64,000 bases of DNA from the human T2T-CHM13v2.0 reference genome, Homo sapiens (GCF_009914755.1 NC_060934.1), one strand, 5' to 3'; positions 1 through 17,766 are shown, counted from the stretch's first letter. Numbers and translations: made by a program. The notes: generated by a model from the letters alone, not told the origin.

Positions 1-204
1 GTACTGTCTTTGTTACAACGGTCCCAAGGCAAACTTTTTAATAATTGTGATCCCACTCAATAGTCATGTTCACTTACTTTATAGGTACATTTGTGGCATA
101 TTTTAAAATGTGAAGTTGAGTGCATTTCACTTAAAAACCAATGGCATTTAATGAAAACATGTTATAGAGGAAAAATTATTGATTTTTGTAAATAGGTAGA
201 TCTT

Positions 205-335
205 GTTTGTATTCTAGCTCCACAGCTTACTAATTTTGTGATATGGGCAATTTATATCCTATCTGAGCCTGTGTTTCCTCTACAATATGAGATAATTTCT
301 ACTTTGAAGTATTGTTATGAGGGTTAAATATAAAT
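205..335 (+). mobile_element. MIR SINE fragment
   Basis: Degenerate MIR core (ctagctccac..cttacta..tgtga..tgggcaa..ctgagcctgtgtttcctc..gttatgagggttaaat). Confidence 0.6.
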
Positions 336-1441
336 TACTTTCTGGTTTATGGTGTTGGTGTATACTACTTCCATACATGATAGTTAATTTTATGAATAAG
401 ACTTTAACAGTAAGCCGTAGAAAAATATAATGTAAGACTGATCCTTAGAATCTATCAAAACAGGTTGTAAAAATGACTTAAGGAAACATCTAGCATGGCA
501 GTGACTAACATTTTGAAAAGCTTTATTTTTCCGTTGAGAACCATAGCCCAACACAGTGTCTGTGCTTCAGTGTTCCTCTTGTCAGGAAGGATAATATCTG
601 TGATGCATCGACTAACTCTAATGAAAATTTTTATTCTTAAGAACAAAATATTTCCCAGCACAGTACATAAGGTCTTTGTGCTCATGTCAGCATTGGAGAT
701 AAATCTCTGGGAAAGAAGTAGAGAAACTGCTCATTTCTATAGACATCAAAACACCAAAGTAAAAGTGAAAATAAAGGAACACAGCAGACTTTTTCTTTTT
801 AAATGCCTAAACTGAAAACTATATCTACCAGGAAACATCCAACTCACGAATTACTTTAAATATGTTTTTAAAGCAGTTTGCTTGCTTTATAACAACAGAT
901 TCATGCTATTTACTTGATGTTCCCCAGTGGTTGCTTTGTGGAGCTCAGTACCATCCTTGGAGACCATGGGCAATAAAAAGCATTTCTTCTGCACCAGTAA
1001 GACAAAAACAAACTGACTACTTCTCACATAAGCCTTGGAGGGCTTCCCTCAGTGGGCTTAGTGATCAGCAAATCATGTCAAATAAGCCTTTTTGTTATTT
1101 TTGTCGTAATAGTGTTCCTGGCAGGCAGTACTTAAGAATTCCCAGATTCTTAACTTTAACATAAATTCAATATACTCTCTTTTATTAAAAGTCAGGCTGT
1201 TGATTCACAGTAGTTCTTAGGTCTACGTTTCATTTTACACATATATGTGGATGTAATAGCTTTTTCCTTAGAACTCTTAAAAAACCGAATTCAGTAAAAG
1301 TCCTCTATTTATATTTTCTATGTGCCAACAACAGATAACCATCATTAATGTGAGCCAAATTTGAATTGAGGAGCTGAAATTAGGAGGAATTGAAAAACAC
1401 CTGAAGTAAATATTCAAGTAATGAAAGTTACTTTAGAATTA

Positions 1442-1777
<336 letters not shown>

Positions 1778-2534
1778 TTAAAAAGCCATATCTTTATTTT
1801 TTAAAAATTAATAATTTCAAAATGTATACATGTGAAATCTAACTGGGAATACTTTGTATCTACTTATAGCCCAAGATTAATTTTATTCTCAATTACTAGG
1901 AGATTTGCACAGCAGAGTGCATATTTACTTTAATCTGTATGACTAAAAGCCTCATTGTCAATGTGACTATGTCATCAATATCACATTCATGAATCTCCTG
2001 ATTATAACCTGCACAGATGGTCTATCTACAGGGCTCTGGGATAAGAAACTTACTGTCTGTCTACAGAGGAAGCCATTTTCACTTCCAGATAGTTCTGAAT
2101 ATCTGAAAGTACTTGCTGATTTAGAGTCAAATTATGTCTTGCAGTAACATCCATAATTCCTGAACTTAACATTTGAGATAAACCAAGATTAGACTAAACC
2201 ATGCCTTCAAATGACAGACTCTCAAAAATGTGATGCCATTTATCTGCCAAAACTATCCTATCTTGCCATTTTCCTCCATTCTTTAGGAAAAACATGGTCC
2301 TAGTTTTGTTAGCCACACTTGACAGTATTATTTTAAACCACTATGTCATTTGGATATCCTATATTTGAACACTCTTTAGTGTCTTCCTGTTAAAATATGC
2401 ATAAAAACTGCATGTCCAGTATACTCTACCTGGAGAAAAACATAGCTCTCATTAACCTTTTCCAGACATTAAACTTGTAAGAGAAAATATTTATTTTCCT
2501 TGTAGCCAAATTACTCTGCTAAATTGTTTTGAGG

Positions 2535-2754
2535 CAGGATTAATAAACCTTTACTGTAAAGGGAAAGAGCCTAAGATTTTAGGTTTTGTGGGCCACATAA
2601 TCTCTATACAACTATTCTTCTCTGCTGTTGCAGTGAGAAAGCATTTATAGACAATACACAAATGAATGAGTGTGTCCGTGCTGCAATAAAACTTTGTTTA
2701 CAAAACCAGTCTATTGGCTGGATATGGCTTGCGGGCCATAATTTGCCAACCCTT
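2535..2754 (-). mobile_element. MER58A (hAT-Charlie non-autonomous DNA transposon)
   Basis: Matches recalled MER58A: ctgtaaaggg..ttttagg..tgtgggccac..tagacaata..aataaaactttgtttacaaaa..gcgggccataatttgccaaccc. Confidence 0.8.
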
Positions 2755-4618
2755 AGTTTACAGCCTAGCTAGCTAAACACTACTTGTTGTAGTAAAATGT
2801 TGCTTTTTAAAATATATATCTCTCATCCTAGCATTGTCATTACGTGTGTGTGGTTTATTTTTAAATATGTAATATTTAAGGGTCTTTCCTATTTAGTTCT
2901 ATTGACTAAAAGTTGTTTCATAATTATAATGTACAGACATTTATATAGGTTTTTTTATTTTACCATTGAACCTATTAGCTAATCTTTAGAGTTCTGTTTT
3001 ATTTTTCATGTGTTTAACAGAAGAACATGTCTACAGCACTGATGAAAATGTTACCAGAATATAAACAAAAATGAAATTTTCAGGTTAAAACCATTTTATT
3101 TGTTAGTAATATATATCTATTAACCATTAAATAATTTACCAAATTATTCCATTACCTAATCCATATTGCTTCTTCTTGTCCAAAAGAATATAGTAAGGTA
3201 CATTACCAAATACATACCTCTGACTTTAGTGGGCATTTAATGTATTATTAGAGGATCCTGATATCTGTATTTTTTAAAGAGATTAAACTCATCCCTGGTG
3301 ATTATACTTTCTTCATCTAACACTATAATATTAACATTTGGAAAAAATGTCTAATAATTAACAGTAGATTTACAGAGTATTTTTCAATAATTTTCTAAAA
3401 TTATCTGAAAAATTTGGCCAGAATCACTATAAAATTCACATCTGAGCTTATGGAAACCAACTTTATTCCACTCTAAAATGATAAAATTTATTTTTTTTTA
3501 ATTTTTTTATTTTTTACAAGTGATTTTTTAATTTTTTATCTTGGCAGATGTTAAAAAACAACATTAGCAGAAACAATGACATTTGCAACAAATGAAAAAT
3601 AAAGTAAATTAAGGGACTCAGAAAAGACAATGAGGGTAATTTGTTCGCAACTCTGGTTGTTGACTCACTGGGTGATTGGTGCCAAAAAGAGTAAACAACC
3701 AAATATAGTCACTGAAAACAGTAATAATCCATGAAAGAATGAAGACTTGTTCTGTGATGAATCACAGAAGTCAGTGTTACACAGAATCATTCAGAGGGTT
3801 TAATTAACCAGAAAGCCATCATTATAGAAGCTCATCTATAACAAGTCTAATGGTATGGACATTGAAGACAGCATTGTCCTGGGCTCCATTGTTGGGAAAG
3901 GCCTGGTTTCATCTAGAGTTCTACTTTTCAGATAACACCCACTTTTCATATGCCATAAGGGCTCATAGATCTTCGGTTCCCATTCTTCTCCCTGGCTTCC
4001 AAATTATCTATATAGATAGGAGGTACTGGAAAGAGAAGGTCTGAGAAATAAAACCTTAGGTTACGTTATTGAATATAGTCTGCTGAGTAAATTTCCTCAA
4101 ACAACAATGAAAAAGATTTTTTCCCACTAAGAAATCCTGAAATACACCAGAATATTCATAGCTTTAAAATTCTTCCTTTTGTGTGTGTTGCAGGATGGGT
4201 AGTATATCGTCTTGCTCTTTTCACTCACTTTTACTTTTCCAGCTTAATCCTGTCCTATATCCCTCAGGTACTGCACTATGAACTCTATTCAGCCACCTAC
4301 CCATGGACATCTGAGTAAAGCTCACATACTTGTACAAGAACACTTGCCCAGAATTCTCTTTTCCCCATGATAACTTGTTGAAAACATTTTCTTTTTTTAT
4401 TTTATTTTATTATTATTATACTTTAAGTTTTAGGGTACATGTGCACAATGTGCAGGTTTGTTACATATGTATACATGTGCCATGTTGGTGTACTGCACCC
4501 ATTAACTCGTCATTTAGCATTAGGTATATCTCCTAATGCTATCCCTCCCCCCTCCACCACCCCACAACAGTCCCCAGAGTGTGATGTTACCCTTCCTGTG
4601 TCCATGTGTTCTCATTGT

Positions 4619-8447
<3,829 letters not shown>

Positions 8448-8510
8448 TATGATGTTAGCTGGTTATTTTGCTCTTTAGTTGATGCAGTTTCTTCCTAGCC
8501 TTGATTGTCT

Positions 8511-9527
8511 TTACAATTTGGCATGTTTTTGCAGTGGCTGGTACCTGTTGTTCCTTTCCATGTTAAGGGCTTCCTTCAGGAGCTCTTTTAGGGCAGGCCT
8601 GGTGGTGACATAGTCTCTCAGCATTTGCTTGTCTGTAAAGTATTTTATTTCTCCTTCACTTATGAAGCTTAGTTTGTCTGGATATGAAATTCTTCGTTGA
8701 AAATTCTTTTCTTTAAGAATGTTGAACATTGGCCCCCACTCTCTTCTGGCTTGTAGAGTTTCTGCTGAGAGATCTGCTGTTAGTCTGATTGGCTTCCCTT
8801 TCTGGGTAACCCAACCTTTCTCTCTGACTGCCCTTAACATTTTTTCCTTCATTTCAACTTTGGTGAATCTGACAATTATGTATCTTGGAGTTGCTCTTCC
8901 CGAGGAGTATCTTTGTGGCATTCTCTGTATTTCCTGAATCTGAATGTTGGCCTGCCTTGCTAGATTGGGGAAGTTCTCCTGGATAATATCCTGCAGAGTG
9001 TTTTCCAACTGTGTTCCATTCTCCCCGTCACTTTCAGGTACACCAATCAGATGTAGATTTGGTCTTTTCACATAGTCCCATATTTCTTGGAGACATTGTT
9101 TGTTTCTTTTTATTCTTTTTTCTCTAAACTTCCCTTCTTGCTTCATTTCCTTCATTTCGTCTTCCATCACTGATACCCTTTCTTCCAGTTGATCGCATCA
9201 GCTCCTGAGGCTTCTGCATTCTTCACGTAGTTCTCGAGCCTTGGCTTTCAGCTCCATCAGCTCCTTTAAGCACTTCTCTGCATTGGTTATTCTAGTTATA
9301 CATTGGTCCAGTTTTTTTTCAAAGTTTTTAACTTCTTTGCCATTGGTTTGAATTTCCTCCTGTAGCTCTGAGTAGTTTGATCATCTGAAGCCTTCTTCTC
9401 TCAATTCGTCAAAGTCATTCTCTGTCCAGCTTTGTTCCATTGCTGGTGAGGAACTGTGTTCCTTTGGAGGAGGAGAGGCTGTCTGCTTTTTAGAGTTTCC
9501 AGTTTTTCTGCTCTGTTTTTTCCCCAT
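8511..9527 (-). pseudogene. L1 ORF1 (RNA-binding protein), two nonsense mutations
   Basis: ATG GGG AAA AAA CAG at 9527; span 1017 nt equals the canonical 338 aa plus stop; in-frame TGA at 9381-9383 (codon 49) and ~9198-9200, both consistent with CGA>TGA decay. Confidence 0.92.
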
Positions 9528-10561
9528 CTTTGTGGTTTTATCTACTTTTGGTCTTTGATGATGGTGTCATACAGATGGGTTTTTGGTGTAGGTGTCCTTT
9601 TTGTTTGTTAGTTTTCCTTAACAGACAGGACCCTCAGCTGCAGGTCTGTTGGAGTTTGCTAGAGGTCCACTCCAGACCCTGTTTGCCTGGGTATCAGCAG
9701 CGGTGGCTGCAGAACAGCAGTGGCTGTAGAACAGTGGATTTTCGTGAACCGCAAATGCTGCTGCCTGATGGGTCCTCTGGAAGTTTTGTCTCAGAGGAGT
9801 ACCCGGCTGTGTGAGGTATCAGTCTGCCCCTACTGGGGGGTGCCTCCCAGTTTGGCTGCTCAGGGGTCAGGGACCCACTTGAGACAGTCTGCCCATTCTC
9901 AGATCTCCAGCTTTGTGCTAGGAGAACCACTACTTGCTTCAAAGCTGTCAGAAAGGGACATTTAAATCTGCAGAGGTTACTGCTGTCTTTTGTTTGTCTG
10001 TGCCCTGCCCCCAGAGGTGGAGCCTACAGAGGCAGGCAGGCCTCCTTGAGCTGTGGTGGGCTCCACCCAGTTCGAGCTTCCTGGCTGCTTTGTTTACCTA
10101 AGCAAGCCTGGGCAATGCCAGGCGCCCCTCCCCCAGCCTCGTTGCTGCCTTGCAGTTTGATCTCAGACTGCTGAGCTAGCAATCAGCGAGACTCCATGGG
10201 CGTAGGACCCTCTGAGCTAGGTGCGGGATATAATCTCCTGGTGTGCCGTTTTTTAAGCCCGTTGGAAAAGCACAATAGTAGGGTGGGAGTGACCCGATTT
10301 TCCAGGTGCCGTCTGTCATCCCTTTCTTTGACTAGGAAAGGGAACTCCCTGACCCCTTGCACTTCCTGAGTGAGGCAATGCCTCGCCCAGCTTCGGCTCG
10401 TGCACAGTGCACTGCACCCACTGTCCTGCACCCACTGTCTGGCACTCCCTAGTGAGATGAACCCAGTACCTCAGATGGAAATGCAGAAATCACCCGTCTT
10501 CTGCATCGCTCACACTGGGAGCTGTAGACTGGAGCTGTTCCTATTTGGCCATCTTGGCTCC
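9528..10561 (-). promoter_or_regulatory. L1 5'UTR internal sense promoter and antisense promoter (YY1 site at the 5' end)
   Basis: Complete L1PA 5'UTR with YY1 core (gccatcttgg, ~10548-10557); CpG-richer than the flanks. Activity not tested. Confidence 0.75.
10115..10174 (+). pseudogene. L1 antisense ORF0, truncated after 19 codons
   Basis: ATG at 10115 reads MPGAPPPASLLPCSLISDC then TGA (10172-10174); ORF0 consensus as recalled is MAGAPPPASLPPCSLISDCC... Confidence 0.75.
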
Positions 10562-10927
10562 CTAAAAATGACAAAATTTTATATTTTTAATTTTATCTTT
10601 TAAGGTGTTTTAACATAAGGGTAGTGGAAGACCTTACTAAAGGTAGCTTAGATAGTAACAGATTTGTCATCTCAGTTAACACAAAGACCATAGATGGGGC
10701 AGATCTACAGGATGCAAAAACTTTCCTTTTTCTCACCTCATAGTAGCCATATGGCTACCACAATTCTCTGGTTTCATGTGTTTACAAAATGCCCATTAGT
10801 TAAGAATAAAAAGAAAGAGAAAGAGAGAAAGAAAGAGAAAGAAGAAGGAAAAAAAGATAGAGAAAGAAAATAATTTCTTCATGTGTCTATTTAAATTAAG
10901 AAAGACATGAATTTTCCTAGACCTCCG

Positions 10928-11578
10928 TGTGATGATTAATTTCATGTGTCAGTTTTACTGGGCTAAGGGTTGCCCACATAGCTGATAAAACATTATTTCT
11001 GAGAGTATCTGTGTTTCCAGAGAAATTAGCATTTGAATAGGTAGACTGAGTAAAGAAGATTATCTTCACCAATATCTATGGGCATCCTTCAATCTATTCA
11101 GAGCCCAAATAGAACAAAAAGGCAGAGGAAGGTTGAATTTAATCTGTCTTCTTGAGCCAGGACATCCATCTTCTCTTGTCCTCCAATATTGGAACACCTG
11201 GTTCTCAGGCTTTTTGGCTTAGGTTGAACTATACCACCAACTTTCCTGGGCCTCCATCTTGCAGGCAGGAGATTGCGGAACTTCTCAGCCTCGACATCCT
11301 TGTGAGCCAATTCCTCCCAAGAATTATCTTCCTCTAGCTATCTCTATCTCTATCCTTATCTCTATCTCTATCTATATCTCTATCTCTTTCTATCTCATCT
11401 GTATCTGTATGTGTATCTGTATGTGATAGAGATACTATCTCTATCATCTGTATCTTTACCTCCTCTATCTCTATCTCTATATCTTTCTCTCTCTCTATGT
11501 GTACCTCTATGTCTACATCTATCTTAGTTATCTATCTCAGTTATGGTTCTGTTTCTCTGGAGAACCTTAACTAATATA
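10928..11578 (+). mobile_element. MLT2D-like solo LTR (ERVL) with internal (TATC/TC)n expansion at ~11336-11538
   Basis: TGTGATG(A)TTAATTT..gggctaaggg..aaaacattatttct..tagactgagtaaagaagat.. ending ggttctgtttctctggagaacct.aactaata. Confidence 0.85.
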
Positions 11579-11684
11579 GTTCCGTAATAGGCCTTGTCTT
11601 GCAACTCACTTGCTAGGTTACCATGATTCTAACCAAGTTCATCATTTCAAAGGAATATCAAATAATATATATATTGTTTACACT

Positions 11685-12018
11685 AAGACTTAGCTAGCCA
11701 CCCTCCTCAAGCCAAATCTGCCCCCCCCCTTAGTATAGCAAGGAAACTTAATGTAGATTATACATTTTTTATTCATTGAAAAAAACCCAAAGAATAACTT
11801 ATCATGACATGCTAAAATTATATTAAATTTAAATTTTGATATACAAATAAAATTTTATTAGAATACAATTATATTTATTCATTTACATTTACATTCTTTG
11901 TCTATGGCTACTTTTACACTAATGCAGCAGAGTTTGTTAGTTGAGACAGAAGCTGGCCGACAAAGACCAGCATTTTTACAATATGACCCTTTACAAAAAA
12001 AAAAAAAATTGACCCTTG
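11685..12018 (+). mobile_element. MER58B DNA transposon
   Basis: gccaaatctgcccc..aaattatattaaatttaaattt..aataaaattttatt..tgtctatggcta..gcagagtt..ccctttacaaaaa..gaccc. Confidence 0.7.
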
Positions 12019-12292
12019 GTTTAGACTGACCAATAATCCTATGGGAGGATTTTATTGATTTTCATTTGTAGCCAACCAAGCACTTTTTTTTCCTTGGCTA
12101 GGATAAATTTAGAACATCTATGTCCTTCCATAAAAGTGGCCTTACATACTTGAAAGTCTGATTCTTTCATAACTATATTTTTTTCTCTGCTGTTACAATT
12201 TGAGCTCATTCTCTTCAGAGATAAAGAGCATAATGAAATAGAAACTAAGCAGTCCCATTTTTCTTTTGCCATTTATGAGAGCCTATACCACC

Positions 12293-12493
12293 TAGTGGTG
12301 ATTTAGTGTGTATTAACAACCAGGTCACTAAGAAAAACTGCTGTATTTTAAGTTTGCTTAATTTAGTGGTGTTGATATTTCCTCTATGACCAATTTTGGC
12401 CTATGAAAATGATTTCTTTGAATGCAAAGTTGGGAGGAGATGAGCACTGTATGCTCCTATGAGGAGTTCCATCTGGCTCAAACATAAACACTA
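12293..12493 (-). mobile_element. MER63A (hAT-Blackjack) fossil
   Basis: tagtggtg..ttaacaacc..gtggtgt..tgaatgcaaagttgggaggagatg..ctggctc resembles the reverse complement of the recalled MER63A consensus. Confidence 0.6.
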
Positions 12494-12759
12494 TTAATAT
12501 CACTTGCTCTAGACATGTGATTCTCCTTGATAATGCTTCTTGCATTACCTCAATATAAAAGTTACAATCCTTATTATTTTTGAAAAACTCAATTTGTATA
12601 GGACTCTTGATAATATTTTAATGTGTATATATTTTATAATGATTTTTATTGATATTATTGTTTCTTCTTTTATACATTTTTTGTTATCCTTTTTATTTAT
12701 ATAGTCAGTTTCCACATTAAATGGGAGAAAAACTGATATTGCTCAATTCACAGTGGAAA

Positions 12760-12935
12760 TTCTGTGTGCCAGATATCATATCATATTTCTTTTAATGCTC
12801 TAAACAATGTTGTGAGGTAAGTGTTATCTCTGATTTGCACATGAAGAAACATATTCCCAGATTAATAAATTTCCCAGTTTCACACAGGGAATAAATTGGA
12901 GCACAGGAGTTCTAAATAGATAGACCTGTATGACT
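12760..12935 (-). mobile_element. MIR fragment
   Basis: tgtgccag..tgtgaggtaagtgttat..atgaagaaac..cacacag core. Confidence 0.55.
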
Positions 12936-14279
12936 TCACAGAGTGAAATGCACAGATAAACAATTCACTTTCCAGGAGAAATCACAAGACAATGGATATC
13001 AGAAGAAATAATGGGACCAGGATAATATTGGTTGTTTTGTATACAAAAAACTAATTTGGGCAACAAAAAAGGATGTAGAGCCACTGAAGCAAAATATATG
13101 TTGCCAAATTTAAAAGAAAATATGCTGTTGGTAGGCCATGGCTACATTATATAAAACATTTCATTTCTCATAAAGTATTAATACTACACTATGACTATGA
13201 GTTAATATTTAAAAAATGACCACATAGGAAATAGGAGAAAAAAGTAACAACACTGTGGAAAGCAAAGAAAATGACTGCAAGATGCAGCTATCACTACCGT
13301 CTCCAGGCCACTTAGGGACCTCCTCAGAAGCTTAGATGAACAAAGAGAAGAGACTGGAGTTATCAAAATTTGTAAACTCAGAGTAAAAGCCTTCCTGAGC
13401 CGAGGCTAGACCTCTGAGGAAGAGATATGTTCCAACTGCTGCTATTACTTCTGAAGAGGCACTTTCTGGGGCTCTGAAAAAATTGGTAAACTGAAACAGT
13501 TACTGCTCCTAGGGCAAGGGGATGTTCTTGGGAGAATATCAGCAAGGACAGCAAACAAACAGGAAAAGGAGATATATTCTTCCATTCTCTTGCCTTTATA
13601 TGTTTCTCTAGTACCTCCCAATAGCAGAACCTAGCAGGATCCCACTTGAAGGAACTTGGAAAACGTAGCTTGCTGATCTCTATCACAGCATCAAAGCAAA
13701 TTTATTGCAGAGAAATGTGGCTAAAGATCAAGATTATTAGTAAATCAATTTTCTTAACTAATTTTTAATCTGTATTGATTTCTTGTAACATAAATATCTG
13801 TGATTATAGAGACCTCAGTATTTTCTTTGTCTTCTGTAGGAGCATTTCAATCTTTTTTGAAGTTCTACCTCCCTTTCACTTCTAGTTCACACCATGTGAG
13901 AGCAATTGACCTAATCATCATGGGCAGTGGTTATGATATGTCTCAACTTGTCCATTAACCATATGGTTCATTTGGTAATATGCTCATGATTTAACCTAGT
14001 CTAATGAGAAATTTAACTAGAAATTTTGTTGAAATTATTGAGTAAAACAATATTTATTTTCTGAAAAAGTAGCTTAGCTAGTAAGATATAAGCTCACTGC
14101 TACTAGTGGCCATCTTGATGTGGAACAATACCGAGAATATTTATTCAGATACTCCTTCAAGAAATGTGTGCAAAACAGAAAAGAGAAAGTTAAAACAATG
14201 AGAAACTTTTTACATACTATGTTCAGTAGAGCCTGAGGGTAGCTCTAAATCTAGATACTTAACAAGAAAACTATTGACA

Positions 14280-14460
14280 ATAAATAATACTCATATAGCA
14301 AATACTATGTGCTAAACATTCTTTCATGTACTTTAAAAGATTAATGTATCTAATACAAGGACTCTATGAGATAGATATTATTGTCCAATTTTATATATAA
14401 GAAAACTGAAGTAAAGATAAAGTAAGTGACTTGTCCAAAGTCACATAGCTAGTTAATAAC
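14280..14460 (-). mobile_element. MIR fragment
   Basis: tactatgtgcta..ctatgagatagatattatt..gaaaactgaag..aagtgacttgtccaaagtcacatagctagt. Confidence 0.7.
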
Positions 14461-16096
14461 ATAACTAAAATAAATGCTCTTTCCCACATTATTGTATAGT
14501 CTGATGTGTTTCAGTTATGAGAATCAATGCTTTTCATTTTAGCTTATGACCACTGAGTTTTGCTGTATTTGTTTTTTACATCCTGCAAATAAAATGCCCT
14601 GACAAATTATATTCTCTCAGACAATCATCTTTCTTTCATATGCAATCAACATTTTATATGTATTCACTTATTTTGTATCACTCCTTTGATTTTTCAAAAT
14701 TTATTTAGGGGTATATAAATATTTTGCTACTACTGGAATTAGCAAAAATTTAAGGTTAAATTTTCAAACATGTCATTGCCCTCGTCATACTGTAGCAAGA
14801 ATTAGTAATCAATGATACACTAAGGATTAAAGTCAACTCCTAGAAAAATCTCATAGTTAAAATATTAAATAATATTAAGTGATACAATTTGGTCCCAAGT
14901 ACATATTTCTGAATAAAATATATTTTTCTTATGAAAAGTTCTACACGATTTGATAAATCGAGATATTCCATTTCCATCAGTTGAGAATATGGTTTCTTAT
15001 GTTTTACTATTCTCGACACATCAAGATTTTCCCTCACATTAAGAAATGTTTCAGCACGTGCTTATTTTGTTTTTGAATATAATGGTGCATGGCTGTTTCA
15101 GCTCTCAGAATTTTTTAAGCCATTAATTTTATCTCAGGCCTTTTTTGCATACCACAGCTTCCTGCATACTAATTAGGCGTGTAAATTTCTCTTAAAATCA
15201 CATTTCCTTACCAGTCCAAATCAATTCATTCTTCCCCATCATACATATTCCTTTTCTATTACCTCAGAAACAAGTTAATAAAATACTTTAGTTTTATCAT
15301 TTATTTCTGATTGTAAAGTAATGATACAATAGATTTAGATCCTCATTTTAGCCATCACTAAAGCATGATCATGTAGGCTCTAAGAGTTCAATGGTTTCAA
15401 TGCCTATCTCTGTCACTTGCATGGATTCCGTTAATAGAGTGGATTCAAAAGTATTCATGTAAGTTATATCAAGCACAAGCTTAGTTTTTATTTTCTATTA
15501 TATTGTATGTCAACTATGAAAATTTGGTGAGGACAGTACTTTCATATCAAAGGTACCACTATGAAGAGATGCAATTTGAATCCCAGGGATGAGACAGGAA
15601 GCTACCAGGACATGGTCACTCCATACTGTTCTCAAAATATTTACATCCCTACCCTGTATTCCATCACATACTTTATTCCCCATTGCCAAGATTTTATATA
15701 TCAGTGAAAACAGTATGCTCTTTTCCCAGTATCACCCAGGGAATCTTGGGCTCCTCAGTCAAAAAGTACTTTGAAGTCTCAGTATAGATTAAAGAGTGAA
15801 TAAATGATCGTGCCTCTATTCTAAGATTCCACTAAAATGAAAGTAAATATATAAAAATAGTATAAATCTTCATTTCAGAAGAGAATGGAAGGGAAACATC
15901 AATAGAGTAAGATTTTGGTAAATATCTGATAGGCAGAAAGAATAGTGATACCCAATAAAGCAGTCCAGAGGAATGCTTAGCCTAGAGTATATGTTAAGTA
16001 GAATATAATTAAAAAGGATCAAGTAAAAAAACCTAGAGTGTCTTCTCAGCCAATAGCTAGCTAATAAACAGAGTAGGAATTAAAATTTAAATTTGA

Positions 16097-16205
16097 GGCT
16101 GCACAAACCACCATGGCACACGTTTACCTATGTAACAAACCAGCACATCCTTTACATGTACCACTGAACTTAAAAGTTGGAAAAAAATTAAAAATAAAAA
16201 TAAGT
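16097..16205 (+). mobile_element. Short L1P 3'-end fragment with A tail
   Basis: caaaccaccatggcacacgtttacctatgtaacaaacc..aacttaaaag plus A-rich tail. Confidence 0.8.
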
Positions 16206-16599
16206 AAATACAACTATATATAGAAGATATAAAGGAATATATATATATATACACACATACATACATACATATACACACACCCACACACATACACACACAC
16301 ATAAATACATACTAAAATGCTAGAATTTCTGCATACCTGGCTGGATAAAAAGAAGTGCAAAGTCTTCTAATTTCTGGCAGTTGGTAGCCCTCATCATTAG
16401 TGAAGCTGAAACAATAAAAAGCTCCAGACTGAATATAGAGTTGTCAACTATCTTTTTCTCTCCACAAACAAACAACAAAACTTGGTGGAAAAAAGTCTCT
16501 AAACTGAATTGTATACACAGAAACATCTGAATGTATATTTAATCTATAAAGCAAGAATTGGGTGTTAAGAAGAAAAAAATAACTGAACACAAAGAACTT

Positions 16600-16935
16600 T
16601 CCAGAAACTGTAAAAATTGCATTAAAATATTTCAAAAACAGTAATAGAAAACAGTATCATTAAAAAGTAGAAAATCATAAGAAATATAAATGAAAGATCA
16701 ATTCAGAGGGTTCAATGTAACACTAAAAAGTGTTATTTGGAAAACAGAAAATATAAGTAAAAATCATAACAAAAATACATGAAATTACTAAAACTAAAGT
16801 GCATGAGTTTTCAGACTGAATATGTCCCTCAAATGATCAAGACAAAAACTCCTACCCAATCAAAAATTTGAGAAATTACAGAATATTAAGCATAAAAAGA
16901 AGCCCCTGAACACTTCCAGAGAGAAAAACCAGGAA
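16600..16935 (+). mobile_element. Old L1M/HAL1 ORF1-like remnant
   Basis: A-rich, with gagttttcagactgaa..aaattacagaata..cttccagagagaaaaa motifs typical of ancient L1 ORF1. Confidence 0.4.
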
Positions 16936-17224
16936 TTTCACCTTGAACTTAAATAATTTTTGACTAAGTTTAGATGGACTGAACTTCTCATAAGAATAAC
17001 TAAATAGTCTGGATAGATTAAAATATACGTATATTCTGTGTGCTAAATGAATAGCAGAGTGTTAAGTCAGTAAGGAAATGGCATTACAACCCACAGAGAT
17101 AGGTAAAACTTGAGGAGGCATTTTACAAAAGAAGAAACACAGATGGCAATGAACATATAAAAGGAGGCTCCACTTCACAGATAATTAAGAACTTAATATT
17201 ACAAATCCAGTAATTTAAAAATAT

Positions 17225-17766
17225 GAGTGCATACTCTTCAATATTCCTCCCATTGAAAGCTATCTATATTCCTACTCTTCCATCTGGCTGGTTTCTGATT
17301 GATGCAATAGAATATGACAAAAGTGATGCTATGTATTTTCTAGGCTAGGTAATAAAATGCCAGGAAGTTTTCACTTTGTTTACTGATAATACTAGCTTTC
17401 AGAGCCTTTAGCCTTCATGTAAGAAGTCAGAGTAAACCTGAGAGTACCATGCTGTGAGGAATTCCACACAAAGGAAAGAACACTCAAAGGCACTCTGGCC
17501 AACTCCCAACTGTGCCTAACATTTGTGTTATTTCAGCACAGATGCCTTACATGTGTGTGAAGAAATGTTCACATGATTCTAGCCCCAAGGTGTTCAATTC
17601 ATGGTAGACTCATTGAGTCTTTTCAGCTGAGTTTTGTGGAGCAGAGATAAGACATCCCCAATGTGCTCTAAATTCCTGGACCCCAAATGTTTGAGCATAA
17701 GAAAATAATTATTGATATATGATGCTAAACTTTGGAGTGGTTTGCTTTGAACTGACAAATAGAACA
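17225..17766 (+). mobile_element. MLT1G-like MaLR LTR
   Basis: cctcccattga..aatagaatatgac..gtgatgct..aggctaggt..catgtaagaagtc..ccatgctgtgagg..gtggagcagagataag..aaattcctg..aaactttggagtggtttg..agaaca. Confidence 0.75.

Noticed and set aside
12283-12300. CTCF-like motif (ccactaggtggta on the minus strand)
   Set aside because: Mismatch at a core position and lies at a MER63 edge; a single motif is expected by chance.
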